Made by a program: the position numbers and the translations under genes. A stretch of 59,421 nt of DNA, counting the filler, from Dimargaris cristalligena (taxonomy: Eukaryota), in assembly GCA_003614675.1 (NCBI GenBank). It is 4 parts of 4 records of this genome, joined end to end, with 100 filler letters (N's around TTAATTAATTAA, not from the genome) between each part and the next. Parts side by side here need not be neighbours in the genome. Positions count along the whole stretch, not along the records: positions 29,775 to 44,548 come from ML002933.1; positions 44,649 to 59,421 come from ML002934.1; 2 more parts are not named here. One strand, given 5' to 3'. The stretch's first letter is position 1, and every line of letters starts with the position of its first letter. Shown in pieces: positions 37,597 through 49,338 of the stretch. The notes beneath the pieces are model-generated. The model ran no database searches and had not been told where the DNA came from. It worked only from the letters and a program-made list of their open reading frames with translations.

Positions 37597-38682
37597 ATGG
37601 AGGCCGGCTCATCCATCCGAGACTACATTGAAAACCGGAAAAAGAACAGCATCACATGGTAGGTAACTAGTTCGCAAGCCGCATTCCTGCATTTCATCCC
37701 TCCCCCCCTCATTTTATTTACAGGAATGTCCAATTGCCCCTTACCATGTAGGGACTAGTCTATTCCAGCCCCAGCGAGTAAGCGTATAACCCAATACTAA
37801 CTAAAACGATGCCAATCTTTTTTTACTATCCTTGAACCCACTCCGCCTTCGTGCCATCGTTAATTTCCCAGGGATGAATTCCGCGATATCAAAAAAGAAT
37901 ACGATGGCCCACAGTACTCCGAGCTAGAGCAGGCCCATTACCGGAAACAACTCGACAAGGAGCGCGAGGCGAAATTAGCTACCCGTTCTAGTCTGGACAA
38001 AGCCTTACACGGTCGCCGTTCGGATAATCCGTTGGACCGGTCTAAGAAACCCAAGAAAAAAAGTAAACATAAGAAGGCCAGGCGGCATGGGCGGGATTCT
38101 TCCGACAGCGAAGGGGATACCGATAGTTCGGATGATGAGCGCCACCGAAGCCATCACCACCGCTCGAGTCACAAGCGGGACCGGAAGGCAAAGGATAGCC
38201 GGAGCCACCGACGACATCGTAGCGGAAGTCGCCAGCGTAGTTCTAGCCCGCATCACCGCCGGCGGGTGGGAGAGAGGAGGGCCCCGGACTCCCCCGGCCG
38301 GCCTAGTGGCAGTGGTGGTCGGTCCGACAAAGCAGCGGACCAGAGGGAGGAAGCTCCCAGGGATCGGTCGGCCCGGCGGGATGCCGATCGGGAAGGGCGT
38401 TCCCATAGCCGCCCAGGGCGCGAGAGAAAGTTAGGAGGTGAGTCCGACCCACCCGAAAAGCATCGACGACACCAGCACCGATCCCGCTCCCGTTCTCGCT
38501 CTCGTTCTCGCTCTAGGTCCAGATCTAGATCCAGGTCTAGATCCAAGTCTCCCTGGCGTGACAATACCACTAGCCACCGATCCCGTAACTACCGCCGGCC
38601 CAGTCCTAGTCCCAGTCCAATTCGCCGGCATCGTCGCCATCGATCGCGATCGCCTTCTCGTTCTCGCTCTCCCTGTCGTTAG
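37597..38682 (+). CDS. FAM133-like protein with a long Arg/Ser (RS) tail
   Basis: Exons 37597-37658 and 37872-38682. The N-terminus GSSIRDYIENRKKNSITWDEFRDIKK...YRKQLDKEREAKL resembles FAM133 and is followed by a K-rich/SD segment and RSRSRS repeats. The 3' end could be spliced further (gttagt overlaps the stop codon). Confidence 0.7.
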
Positions 38683-39560
38683 TCCGCCCCCCCCCCTTTC
38701 TTCAATTTTTGTTCTTTGGGAGAGGGGCTGGCCTGTGTATTGGAGTATCAACCAGTTTAACGAAATCCGCCCAGATTGAATACTGGCGCCACGGGTTTTT
38801 TTCATAGTCCCCAATCCTCCTTTCTTGATTGCTTTTTTTATTATTACTCACCTAAACTCATATCCCTTCCCAATGCCCCTATGGCCTCAAACCAATTAAA
38901 ATTGAACTTTATCCCTCTATTTTGGCGAAAGCTGAAAATGCGGAGGATTGAATGTAAGGCTGTAACTCATTGGCATATGCTAATTTTACCTGCACTAGCT
39001 GGTGTTTGCATTACGCTTTTATTTTAGTACCATTACTCTTGGGACTGCACTAATTATATATGCAATATATTTTTCATCTGGCCGATTTTTTTTTGGTACA
39101 TCCATTTTCATTCGTTTGGGTAATTCACGACCACCGATTACTGCGCTTCTTTTAATTATATACCACAGCCCCTTCGAACTGAACTTATAACTTGATAATG
39201 CCACCATTAGTTGGTTAGAGATCCACTGATACATCTGGCTGCTTTCCTGGTCAGCCTCCTGGCTTTTTAAACTCATCCACCCTCAAAAAAACAACAACAC
39301 ACATTGCACCAACTATCCTTGGCCATTCGATAAATACCTGCGCCTTGGATTTCCTAGCTTTTGTCTTTACCATATAGTCCGATGAATTATGACACTTTAA
39401 AATAACATGTTGCACCCCCACCTAAATATATAGGAACTCGGTTTGTCATGGTGGCTAACCACTCTAATATCACATCAGGGTCCACGCAGGTAGGCTTCCT
39501 AAGGCCGGCATGCTAGAATTCATCTCGAGTGGGACTTGACAATAGAGGGCAGAGGGGGGT

Positions 39561-39706
39561 ATATGAGAGAGGTTCAACCAGGCTGTACAACATAAAATCC
39601 GTTGGATGAGGCAATGATTACTGGTTTGGAAATGAATCTCCCGCCTATGTTCCCATACACATATTATTAAAAAACCTTACACAGCTGGATCGCACTTCAC
39701 CCAGAT
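39561..39706. mobile_element. MITE-like element, copy 2 (diverged)
   Basis: Aligns end to end with 15819-15962 (gttcaac.aggctgta.aaca, gatgaggcaa, tactggtt, ttcccatacacatat, aaaacctta, acttcaccca). No target-site duplication visible. Confidence 0.75.
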
Positions 39707-41437
39707 GCACGATTGTTCTGGCTACTGGATAGAAAACCCCGGCCTGGAAGGGTATCGACCTTGGTAAACTGGGCGGGCTGTGAATCAATAGGAAGATCAG
39801 CCGGTGACAATGTAAACTTAACTTAACTTGGTAGAATTCACCCAGTTATCTTGGAATAACCGAGGCCTGTTGGAGAATCGTTGACAAGAAGCCTTGGGGG
39901 TTCAGCTCCATTGGTGGGATAATCACCCCTAGTATTTTACGAGTAAATCCGATTTTAAATTCGTAAAAGAAGTTATTGTAATAACCACACGCACCAGTCC
40001 TCGGTGGTTAAGAGTACCTCTTGTTATTAGGGTGGGCTATAGGTACTTACTTGATTGCGTCGCTCAACAATTTATATTCCTCTAGACGACGCAAGCTGCC
40101 TTTGTCTTGAATAACGGCATACTGCTAAGTCCTATGCAAACATCCCCCCCCAGTTAATTTTGAGGTCCTCAATTTATCTACAACTTATATGTCCGTCCCT
40201 TTTTGAGTACCTAGTGCTTGCGCCCAATTCTATATATATACCCCCTTCGGTAACTAACTCAGCTGGTTGATACCCGCCTATATCCGTACTTGTCCAGTAG
40301 ATTTACCCCCACACCTTTGTCGTTAAATTATTTCTAATGACCCATTGAGCCATATGGCATAATTATATAGCTTCTTTTCAGCACATTGTCCATTCAGACG
40401 AAGGAACAGTTCTCCATCTGCCAAGACACCGAAATATGTCATTTGTGCGTTGAAAGTCTTATCACTCACTAATGCGCTCAATAGAAACCATCACTTTCAC
40501 TATACGTGTCTGGTCGCTCTGAGGCACTTTTTTATAAATCTGCTCGTACCACCACCCTTAAGTCCTAAGGAGCACACACGAGCCCGCCCAATGGACATTC
40601 CCGTTCCCATCAGCTGAAGGCCAACCGCATCAATATCAAGCTTTCTAAAATGGAGTTCTCATCTATTTCCCACAATCAAAAACCTACTCTATTAGCAACA
40701 AAGTTGCCCAACATTACATTATCACCTATAGTTACTAGTGGCAATTATCTAGATTATTAGACTATTTTACATCTAATCGTTCTTACTCACCAGGATAAGC
40801 CATTAGTTAGCTCAAAACACATTGTTGGAGGTTACTTATTTATCACTCTACTCAAATGCGTGCTGCATCTACCTATAAACCCACAGTTAGTTATTTTATA
40901 GAATGCATTAAAATTCCTTGGCACAAGCTTTGGGTTATAACACTCTAAAACTATAACAACTATTGAGTTTACAGCTACTTTATTCTACCTAGACATCCGA
41001 TATATGGCCCACTATTTTATAAAATGGGGTGGTGCTGGCCAGGTTTAACTAATATTTCCAGTATTAGAAGCATCATTCTTATTTTTTTAATTGACTCCTA
41101 GCCGAGTTTTAGAGTGGTTTTAAAGCCGCACCCCAAGGTCTGCAATATATTAACAATTGGTTGTAGCCACGCGCGCTCATTAATAATATACCCCTGTAGA
41201 ACTACGTGACCAAATGTCCGCCAGTCAATTCAGTACTCAGGCCGATGGCCCTCCGGGAATAGACGGTGCGGTAGGGTATATCGAGCTGGTCATTAGTTAT
41301 TTGGGAAGTATAGCACCATGTCATATTTGGAGAATTGTGCATTTTAACCGGATCACCTTTTATTGGAAATAAACACCAACAACAGTATTCGATGGGGATA
41401 CATGGTATAGTCTTGAAATGCTTATTCTAAGAACAGC

Positions 41438-42463
41438 TCATTGGGACCCGTTCTCGACAAAACGACACCGAGTTGGCTGATTCCGAGGTTTATACTTATG
41501 GCATTTCTCAATCATATCCCTGTGAATCGTTTGAAAATCGGCATAAGGGAGAACTGGGGATAGGCGAGTCAAGAAGGACGCACTTTGAAGTGCCGTGATC
41601 ATCTCCTTGCACATGTAGCCATTTTCCTCGGTGAAAATGTGCATTAAGACCGTCTTCGTTATATTATCCCAGTCGAATAGAACAATAACCTGCCGAAGGT
41701 GGGGCTTATGTAACATCTTGCTAAACATGGTCATCATTTTGGCCAAGTTCCGGGTTTGGCTGTAAAGCGGCTCTACAGGATTTGGCAAATCGTGGGCATA
41801 TTGGGCCACAAGGGGATGCTTGTTGGATTTAAGCGTTTCAATCTGGTTGTAGGTTCCGATGGCAAAGGGATACATCGAAAGGCGTAGGCAGATAACATGG
41901 GCCTCACGAATCAGTCCATCATCATTGTAATGCAATAATTGAGGTCTGATTCTACGTATCGCTAGTTTTAAATCACTTAAGAAGGTCGAATGTAAGTCGG
42001 CAATGGACTTCGGGCCGGCCGTAATTGGGGGAATAGTGCTGGGATAAGCCAGTTCAGTCTGGTGGGATTCCTGAATCTCCAAATTGCTGTACTCGGCCGA
42101 TAGGGCGGGGAGTCGGTCGACCGGGGCAAGAAATGGGTCTGGAGGCTGTTGGGTCACAGCTTCAGAACGCTGCACGAAGCAGTACGGATGGTTAGGGAAT
42201 TCGCTACCCGGACTCGGAATCTGGTCTAATGGGAATCCCACATTACCGTGTTCATCGGAACAGTACGGACCAACCGGAGTATCTAAGGACTCGAAAGATA
42301 AAGATGCATCGTCCAACTCATTGATGGCGTCCAACCACTGGAAATTATCGAAATCGTTGTTTATTGACGCAGTGACTCCGTGGTCCAGGTAGTGAGGTAT
42401 AGTTGCCGCATACGTTTTTAAAATTGTAAGCGCCATCAAGGCAAAAATTGAGTGAATCATCAT
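41438..42463 (-). CDS. Putative secreted orphan protein
   Basis: About 340 stop-free codons in otherwise ORF-poor AT-rich DNA. MMIHSIFALMALTILKTYAA resembles a signal peptide. No recognisable domain. Confidence 0.6.
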   Translation of the reverse strand: MMIHSIFALMALTILKTYAATIPHYLDHGVTASINNDFDNFQWLDAINELDDASLSFESLDTPVGPYCSDEHGNVGFPLDQIPSPGSEFPNHPYCFVQRSEAVTQQPPDPFLAPVDRLPALSAEYSNLEIQESHQTELAYPSTIPPITAGPKSIADLHSTFLSDLKLAIRRIRPQLLHYNDDGLIREAHVICLRLSMYPFAIGTYNQIETLKSNKHPLVAQYAHDLPNPVEPLYSQTRNLAKMMTMFSKMLHKPHLRQVIVLFDWDNITKTVLMHIFTEENGYMCKEMITALQSASFLTRLSPVLPYADFQTIHRDMIEKCHKYKPRNQPTRCRFVENGSQ

Positions 42464-43749
42464 AAATCCGATGAAATTAGTAAGTGCCGACAAATCAGTG
42501 GTAAAATATAGTGCAAACTATCATGGTCAAGAAGTAGTACGTAAAAATATTATTGTTAGGTAACGAAGTATATTATAGTTCCCGAGTAATGTCCAAGGAT
42601 TCCACCCGCTATTTATAAATATAGCAGGGTTGGGGTTGTGTACTCACCACCCCCTCCCCCCCCAAAAAATAAAAATAATAATAGGATAGACGGACCCCAA
42701 TACATACCTAAATGTGTTACTAAGTAGCCTACCATATTTCCAATTATCTATACAATGCAATGCCGGGTAGACTGGTATGTCAAGGGTTGGGTCGTGGAAG
42801 AAAAGGTGTTTCATACCAACAGTACAGCCAACGACCACAGTTGCTGGTCAATATTATCGTACAAGGGCAGTGATTCATTGGGAAGGCTACCATGGTGTCA
42901 CAATGAAATGTCAGTTAGAAGCAAATGCATTAGGTTGCCACCCCAAGTCCAGTTTCAATGTAACCACCGGACGAGTACATTGTCATTAGTGTGGTGAAGG
43001 ATGTATCGTGGCCGAGGCTTGGAAACGCAAACTATACTCCGTAAACTGGCCAACGGTTGATTTATGCTTGCTTTTGAGCCAAATCTATGGGTTGCATTAC
43101 AGTGGTACACACGCGAGCTATTGTCCATATTGCTCGCTTTCCCCATCCAGCTGCCTCATATCCGATAAGTATTTTGGCCCTACCTAAACGGATTTCTTTA
43201 GGCAATCAGAATATTTTTAGTCCGGAGGATAATGCTGTAACAACGTACCCCAACGACGAACCGTAGCTTTATGGGCGACTCTAGCCATTAAATAGCAACT
43301 TAACACCCTAAATTACATTATAGCTACTCACTGAAAACAGTCGAATGCCAGCTGTTTGAATGTCACAATATTCTATTCTATTAAGATTTAGGATCCGCGT
43401 GGGTGTCTTTTTTTTTTCTGAGCCAGATGTAATAATAAACAGCCTGGCTAATTAGAGTAATTGAGATAATTATTGATGCAATGAGTTGCAGTTTTACATA
43501 TACCCCCAGAATTGTGTCTATACAGGTAGGTTCCACACCAAAACCATGCCAGGTATAGCCTAAACCAGGGCCTGTTGATAGGGAGCAATGAAGGGGATAT
43601 ATTGGCATTAGGGAGTTGAAGTACAGTCATGGCCAGCAAAAGTGAGACACCCAGTATTAGTGTAAAAAAAATGCTTATATTTCAATTTGATGTATCTACT
43701 TATATACATAACCATTTATAGTAAAATTAATTACATTAGAAAGCCAGAG

Positions 43750-44322
43750 TGTCACCCGGGTTTACCACTCTTAGTCCATCAAGAGTCCCAAGGATAGGCT
43801 TCTAATAGTAGGTAGGGCTTAGACTCAGCCAAGCAGGCTGCTAGTGCTAGGATGGGAGTAGTACTAACTAATAAAGGATAAGTACTGGTATGTAAGGGAT
43901 ATGCAGTAGGCACACTTACTAGTTAGTACAAAGAGATGAGCATATATAGAGTTTATTGAGGTAAACTGGGGGATCTGAAAATAAGCTAATATTTAACTAG
44001 TCCTAAGGGGGGCCAGTTATATATATATGGGGGTCTAGCTTAAAGGGAGGTCCCCAAAGGAAGATACTAATAAGACTACTAATAGGTAAACTAGTTAACC
44101 AGATGGTATAGGGTATGGAAGACTTAGCTGGGAACTGGAAGAGTTATTAGATCAGCCTGGGAGTGAATGGTGGATTCTGGAGTCAAGGAGGTAAGTGTTA
44201 TATGATATAGGAGGATCCCATAGTACTGGGGTGACTATGGAAAGGTAAATATGGTACTATAAGGCCTAATAGGGGTGGACAATCATTAAGGCTGGATTTA
44301 GGTTAGATTAGGCAGGCTGACA
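43750..44322 (-). mobile_element. Solo LTR-like element (copy B, about 573 bp)
   Basis: Bounded by TGTCA...TGACA. On the minus strand a TATATATAA (44017-44025) precedes AATAAA (43952-43957), as in U3-R-U5. Homologous to 14328-14680. No matching TSD found. Confidence 0.7.
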
Positions 44323-44381
44323 GAACCCAAGGCTCATTAAGGTATAAAAATATGTAGGATAATAAATTTTAATTAAGGTGG

Positions 44382-44548
44382 TATCACCCCTCCTAATCCG
44401 TCCTAATCCAACCGATATGACCACCGTTATATCAGGCCGTATAGCGCCATAGTGTACCCCCCGGCCCTAACCAGGCCGAACATCATTGATAGCCCCTTAA
44501 CTGGCCAGGCCTCCTGGAGTTCGCACTAATCACTCGTAGGTGATCTTA
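44382..44548 (+). mobile_element. Related LTR-like start (copy C), head-to-head with copy B, running into the contig end
   Basis: tatcacccctcctaatccgtcctaatcc...atcaggccgtatagcgccata parallels the 5' ends of copies A and B but retains CpGs. Confidence 0.5.
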
Positions 44549-44648
44549 NNNNNNNNNNNNNNNNNNNNNNNNNNNNNNNNNNNNNNNNNNNNTTAATTAA
44601 TTAANNNNNNNNNNNNNNNNNNNNNNNNNNNNNNNNNNNNNNNNNNNN
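44549..44648. other. Artificial contig spacer N44-TTAATTAATTAA-N44
   Basis: Same 100-bp linker as the other two gaps. Confidence 0.97.
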
Positions 44649-44957
44649 CCACCGCCTTCCCCTCCATTGGGCTACGATCCGGCCCATGCGTTAGTAGACC
44701 GATTATTTGCATTCCTTCGGGACTCGTCGCCGTTTACTTCGACCAATTATCCACAATCTGAAGCGGATATACGTAAACCCATCTGCTTACCCGTCTTTGA
44801 ACGGCACGGGAGGCTGTACGGAAGTACGATGAGTACCGTGATCGTGGTTGACCACAATAATCGGGTAATTTACCATGAACGGGAGGTCGTGGCCCCCGAC
44901 GGTTCACCGGTCTCTGACCCAGGCCGTTGTTTCGAATTTGTCATTGACCCCGAGTAG
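44649..44957 (+). CDS. TANGO2/NRDE-family protein, C-terminal part (5'-truncated)
   Basis: PICLP....GRLYGSTMSTVIVVDHNNRVIYHERE resembles the TANGO2 C-terminal YGTR..TVILVD..G.V.F.ER motif. Confidence 0.75.
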   Translation, partial: PPPSPPLGYDPAHALVDRLFAFLRDSSPFTSTNYPQSEADIRKPICLPVFERHGRLYGSTMSTVIVVDHNNRVIYHEREVVAPDGSPVSDPGRCFEFVIDPE

Positions 44958-45328
44958 ACGACCCCCATCACCCTAGACAATTGGCTTATTTTAGTTAGAA
45001 TACCCTTTCCATCGAAGCACTTCCCTGCTAACATCAGTTGTTGTTGTTTTTTTTTTTCAAAAACAACAAACAAACATACCAATAGTAATATAATACCAAA
45101 GTACGGGCACGAATGCGTTAGAGTTTTATTTTTAGTTATTATATTATTCTACAGTTTTGTCATCTTGCCATGTCCCCCTATCGTGGGCCGTTTTCAACGA
45201 TAATGTAATAAGAGTCGGTTTCCAAAACCCCAACCCCAGTTTTTCGGTATAGCAGATTCTCTCCGTCCTTTAGTATAAGTAGTAGTTGCTCGGTTTACAG
45301 CTACTCTTGCATCTGATTAATAGAAAGA

Positions 45329-46503
<1,175 letters not shown>

Positions 46504-47625
46504 GGTAAAGTCCAATGGGGGAGTATAAATAAAAATATTATAAAAAACCTAAATAGTACAGCAATTCGCTACGGCCCGGTTATTGGGTTGTAGGTGGTGT
46601 AATGCGGTAGGTTGGTTAGGAAGGTTCGCTCGCCTTCAATTGTGGGGGAGGGAGGGGCACTAACATATCACTCTAGCCTTAGTATACTATCCACTATGAT
46701 GCATTTGGAAAACTATTTTCTACGTTGGGCATAGCTAAAAGTCTGTGGTGAACCTAATCACGTGATGAATAGGGATGTTTCATGTTGGGGGTGGGTGGGA
46801 TTACACGACATGCCCCCCTTAGGAGATTATATTACGCTTAATGCAAAAGTAAGTTACCCCCAAAACCAGAAGTGGCAGTCTTATCCAGCCCATTGTTAGT
46901 TATTAAACTGGATGTAAACCTCGCCCAAAAGAGAATACGCTGGGAAATTGCCAAATGGTAGTCGCTCAACCCCAGCTTTTACCTCTCTCACATGTCTGGG
47001 TGTGATATTAGCCAATTTCCCAAATTAACCTGGGCCAACTCTTGTTTCAGCCATACACAGGGGTACCACAAGGCTAAGTGGAAGAAACCACTGCGAAACG
47101 TTTCCATTTATGTAAAAAGTAAGTGCCGTTGTACACACATTGCATCTACATACACCGGTGTTCCTTGTGAATGGCGCCAAAGGTGGAGGAGGAGCTGGGT
47201 GGGAATATTAAGCAAAGGCTGGGGGATATTCGCCACCGGGTAAAATCACGTCCAGCATTAGCCAGCGTACTTTTAATCCACGGCTAGACGAGTCGATAAT
47301 AATGCCCGGCAGTATTGTATAGGATCCCTCGAACGTGATAATTAAAAACCAAAATATATGGCAATGGCTATAGTATTTTGCATTGGCAGATATTACATAT
47401 CACCGTTTGAAAATTGGCTAAATGTTACTCAGCCAAAAACCATCCCCACTCAACTGACACCACCCTACCTCCAAACCAATCCAAACCGCCAACACACTAA
47501 CCTAAATCCGTTGAATCTAAATTCTATTTACGATTTAATATTCTTTCGAATCTAACTAACTCTGTATTCAGAACCCCATGCAATGTATAAATGAGAAGGG
47601 TGGTAACCAGACACTTGCGGGTTGC

Positions 47626-49338
47626 CTAGCTGGTATGGCAGGTTTCCTTGAAATCCCCTCCGTGGAGGGCCTTGACTTCCGCGACCAGCTGTTCAAAAGC
47701 ACACAGACCCGTGGCCACCGAGCAGGCTCCGTAACCCGGCACCACCACTTGTTCATTATGCCGAACCCGTACATAGAAGTCCTGCGTCCCGTCCTTCACC
47801 CACAGCTCAAACGCAATATTAGCCCCCATGGGCACGATGGTAGATGAGGTAAACGACCGTTGCTGGATTTGGCTAGCGGACACGTCAGCGGTGGTGGATT
47901 CAAAAATGGGGTCACGTTCCAGTTCCAAAAGCGCCAACATAAAGAAAATAATGCGGGCGTGCGCGAAATAGAAGTTACCCAACGGGTAAGCGCCCAAATA
48001 CGGTAAATCAGCCGTAGCAATGCCCGAGTTGTAGGCGGCGATGACTTTTCGCATGGTAGTAAATATATTGTCCAGTAGGGGCCAGGCCATGACATGGTTC
48101 AGCACATGGGGTTCACTGGACCGGTTGGAACGGGCATGGCTGTAGAAAGCGTAATTTTGGATATCGTCCAAGTATTCTAATTCTAGTAAATCCACATTGG
48201 TAAATACCCGGCAGCTCTTGGGGGGAGCTCTCTGGGCCGTTTTACCCGAGGCGTGTTCCCCCCACTGGAAGCTACAAATATCGTAAAGGGGAACCAAATG
48301 TTTGTGGAAAGCCCATTGGGGTAGTCCCAGCTCTTTAAAATAGGGGTCGAACCGCTGCTTGAGGCGGTCCCGGGTGACTTTAGCCCGCTGTTCAATCCAG
48401 CGCATACCCTCGGGCCCTTTGACCAGGGCCTTCCAGGCCGGGCAAATGATGTAGGGTTTCAGTAGGCGTTCATCTTCGGAGAGAGTAGTTCCATCCACCT
48501 CAATGTCGAAATCGGCCTGGTCCGTGGGGTCAATACCCCGCTCCGACCAAACGGGCGATGAATCGGTCGAGGCCCCGTCGAATTCCCAGGCGTTCAGCTG
48601 ATCGGCCAGATCATCGAGGGAGGCACTGTTGAGGGCTTCCACCGCCGCTGTCACTGCAGCCACCCCTCCCGTACTCCTAGGCGGAGTTCCTTCCAGTAAA
48701 CCCCGCCGGAATGACGCCATGGAATTTTCGGTCCGACTAGCTCCGCTGTCACTGAACTGCCAAATGGGGACGACGGGGTTGAGGGAGGAATAAGGCAGCC
48801 AGTTTTCTTTCGGCTGGTTGGACTGGACCTTGAGATAATCTTGAATAGCCGCTTGGTACCGGTGCGCCAACCGCACTCCCTGTTGCTTCATTTCGTTCCG
48901 ACCCACTTGGTTGAGCTCATAGGGGGTACTATAATGAATCACGGGTGGCCCCGTCAATATCCAATCAAATCGACGTTGCATTTCGCTGGAAAAATCGCTG
49001 GGGGGGGTTTTGCCCTTAAAAAAAGCCTTGGCAATGTCGGCTAGGGCGCGGTTCATTTTGGTAATATTGGCTTCCTTGGGGAACCGTGAACCGTGGCGGG
49101 TAATTTGCTCCAGTTTCAACAAGGTAAACCCTACGGGGTGACTCTGGGGTGGCCCATGGGCCAATGTAGGCCGGATGGTGCGATGGTCGTACGGTGTGCG
49201 GGTATTTAAACGCCATGATAGGCCAATAGTATTGGGGGCCAGGCCGGTTCCCTCCGAAACAGGCCTTGTATAAACCATATGGGGCTGTAAAACAAGGGCC
49301 TGGGCAAGCCAGAGACCGAAAAAGTAAACACTGTACAT
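47626..49338 (-). CDS. Secreted/luminal histidine acid phosphatase, MINPP1/phytase-like
   Basis: Signal-like N-terminus from ATG 49338, then LNTRTPY, RHGSRFP, EL..VG..EM, SRT..S, LYDICSF, LEYLDD, FAHAR and IVPMGANIAFEL. Intronless. Confidence 0.85.
   Translation of the reverse strand: MYSVYFFGLWLAQALVLQPHMVYTRPVSEGTGLAPNTIGLSWRLNTRTPYDHRTIRPTLAHGPPQSHPVGFTLLKLEQITRHGSRFPKEANITKMNRALADIAKAFFKGKTPPSDFSSEMQRRFDWILTGPPVIHYSTPYELNQVGRNEMKQQGVRLAHRYQAAIQDYLKVQSNQPKENWLPYSSLNPVVPIWQFSDSGASRTENSMASFRRGLLEGTPPRSTGGVAAVTAAVEALNSASLDDLADQLNAWEFDGASTDSSPVWSERGIDPTDQADFDIEVDGTTLSEDERLLKPYIICPAWKALVKGPEGMRWIEQRAKVTRDRLKQRFDPYFKELGLPQWAFHKHLVPLYDICSFQWGEHASGKTAQRAPPKSCRVFTNVDLLELEYLDDIQNYAFYSHARSNRSSEPHVLNHVMAWPLLDNIFTTMRKVIAAYNSGIATADLPYLGAYPLGNFYFAHARIIFFMLALLELERDPIFESTTADVSASQIQQRSFTSSTIVPMGANIAFELWVKDGTQDFYVRVRHNEQVVVPGYGACSVATGLCAFEQLVAEVKALHGGDFKETCHTS

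Noticed and set aside
38478..38545. Tandem hexamer-like repeats (cgttct/cgctct/agatct)
   Set aside because: They encode RS dipeptides of the FAM133-like protein; not a CRISPR array or independent repeat.
40330..40660. Coding-looking fragments on the minus strand
   Set aside because: Short, split across frames and without any recognisable motif.
46757..46766. CACGTG E-box motifs here and near 16273, 20810 and 32377
   Set aside because: A 6-mer at this frequency is expected by chance, and no function can be assigned from sequence alone.
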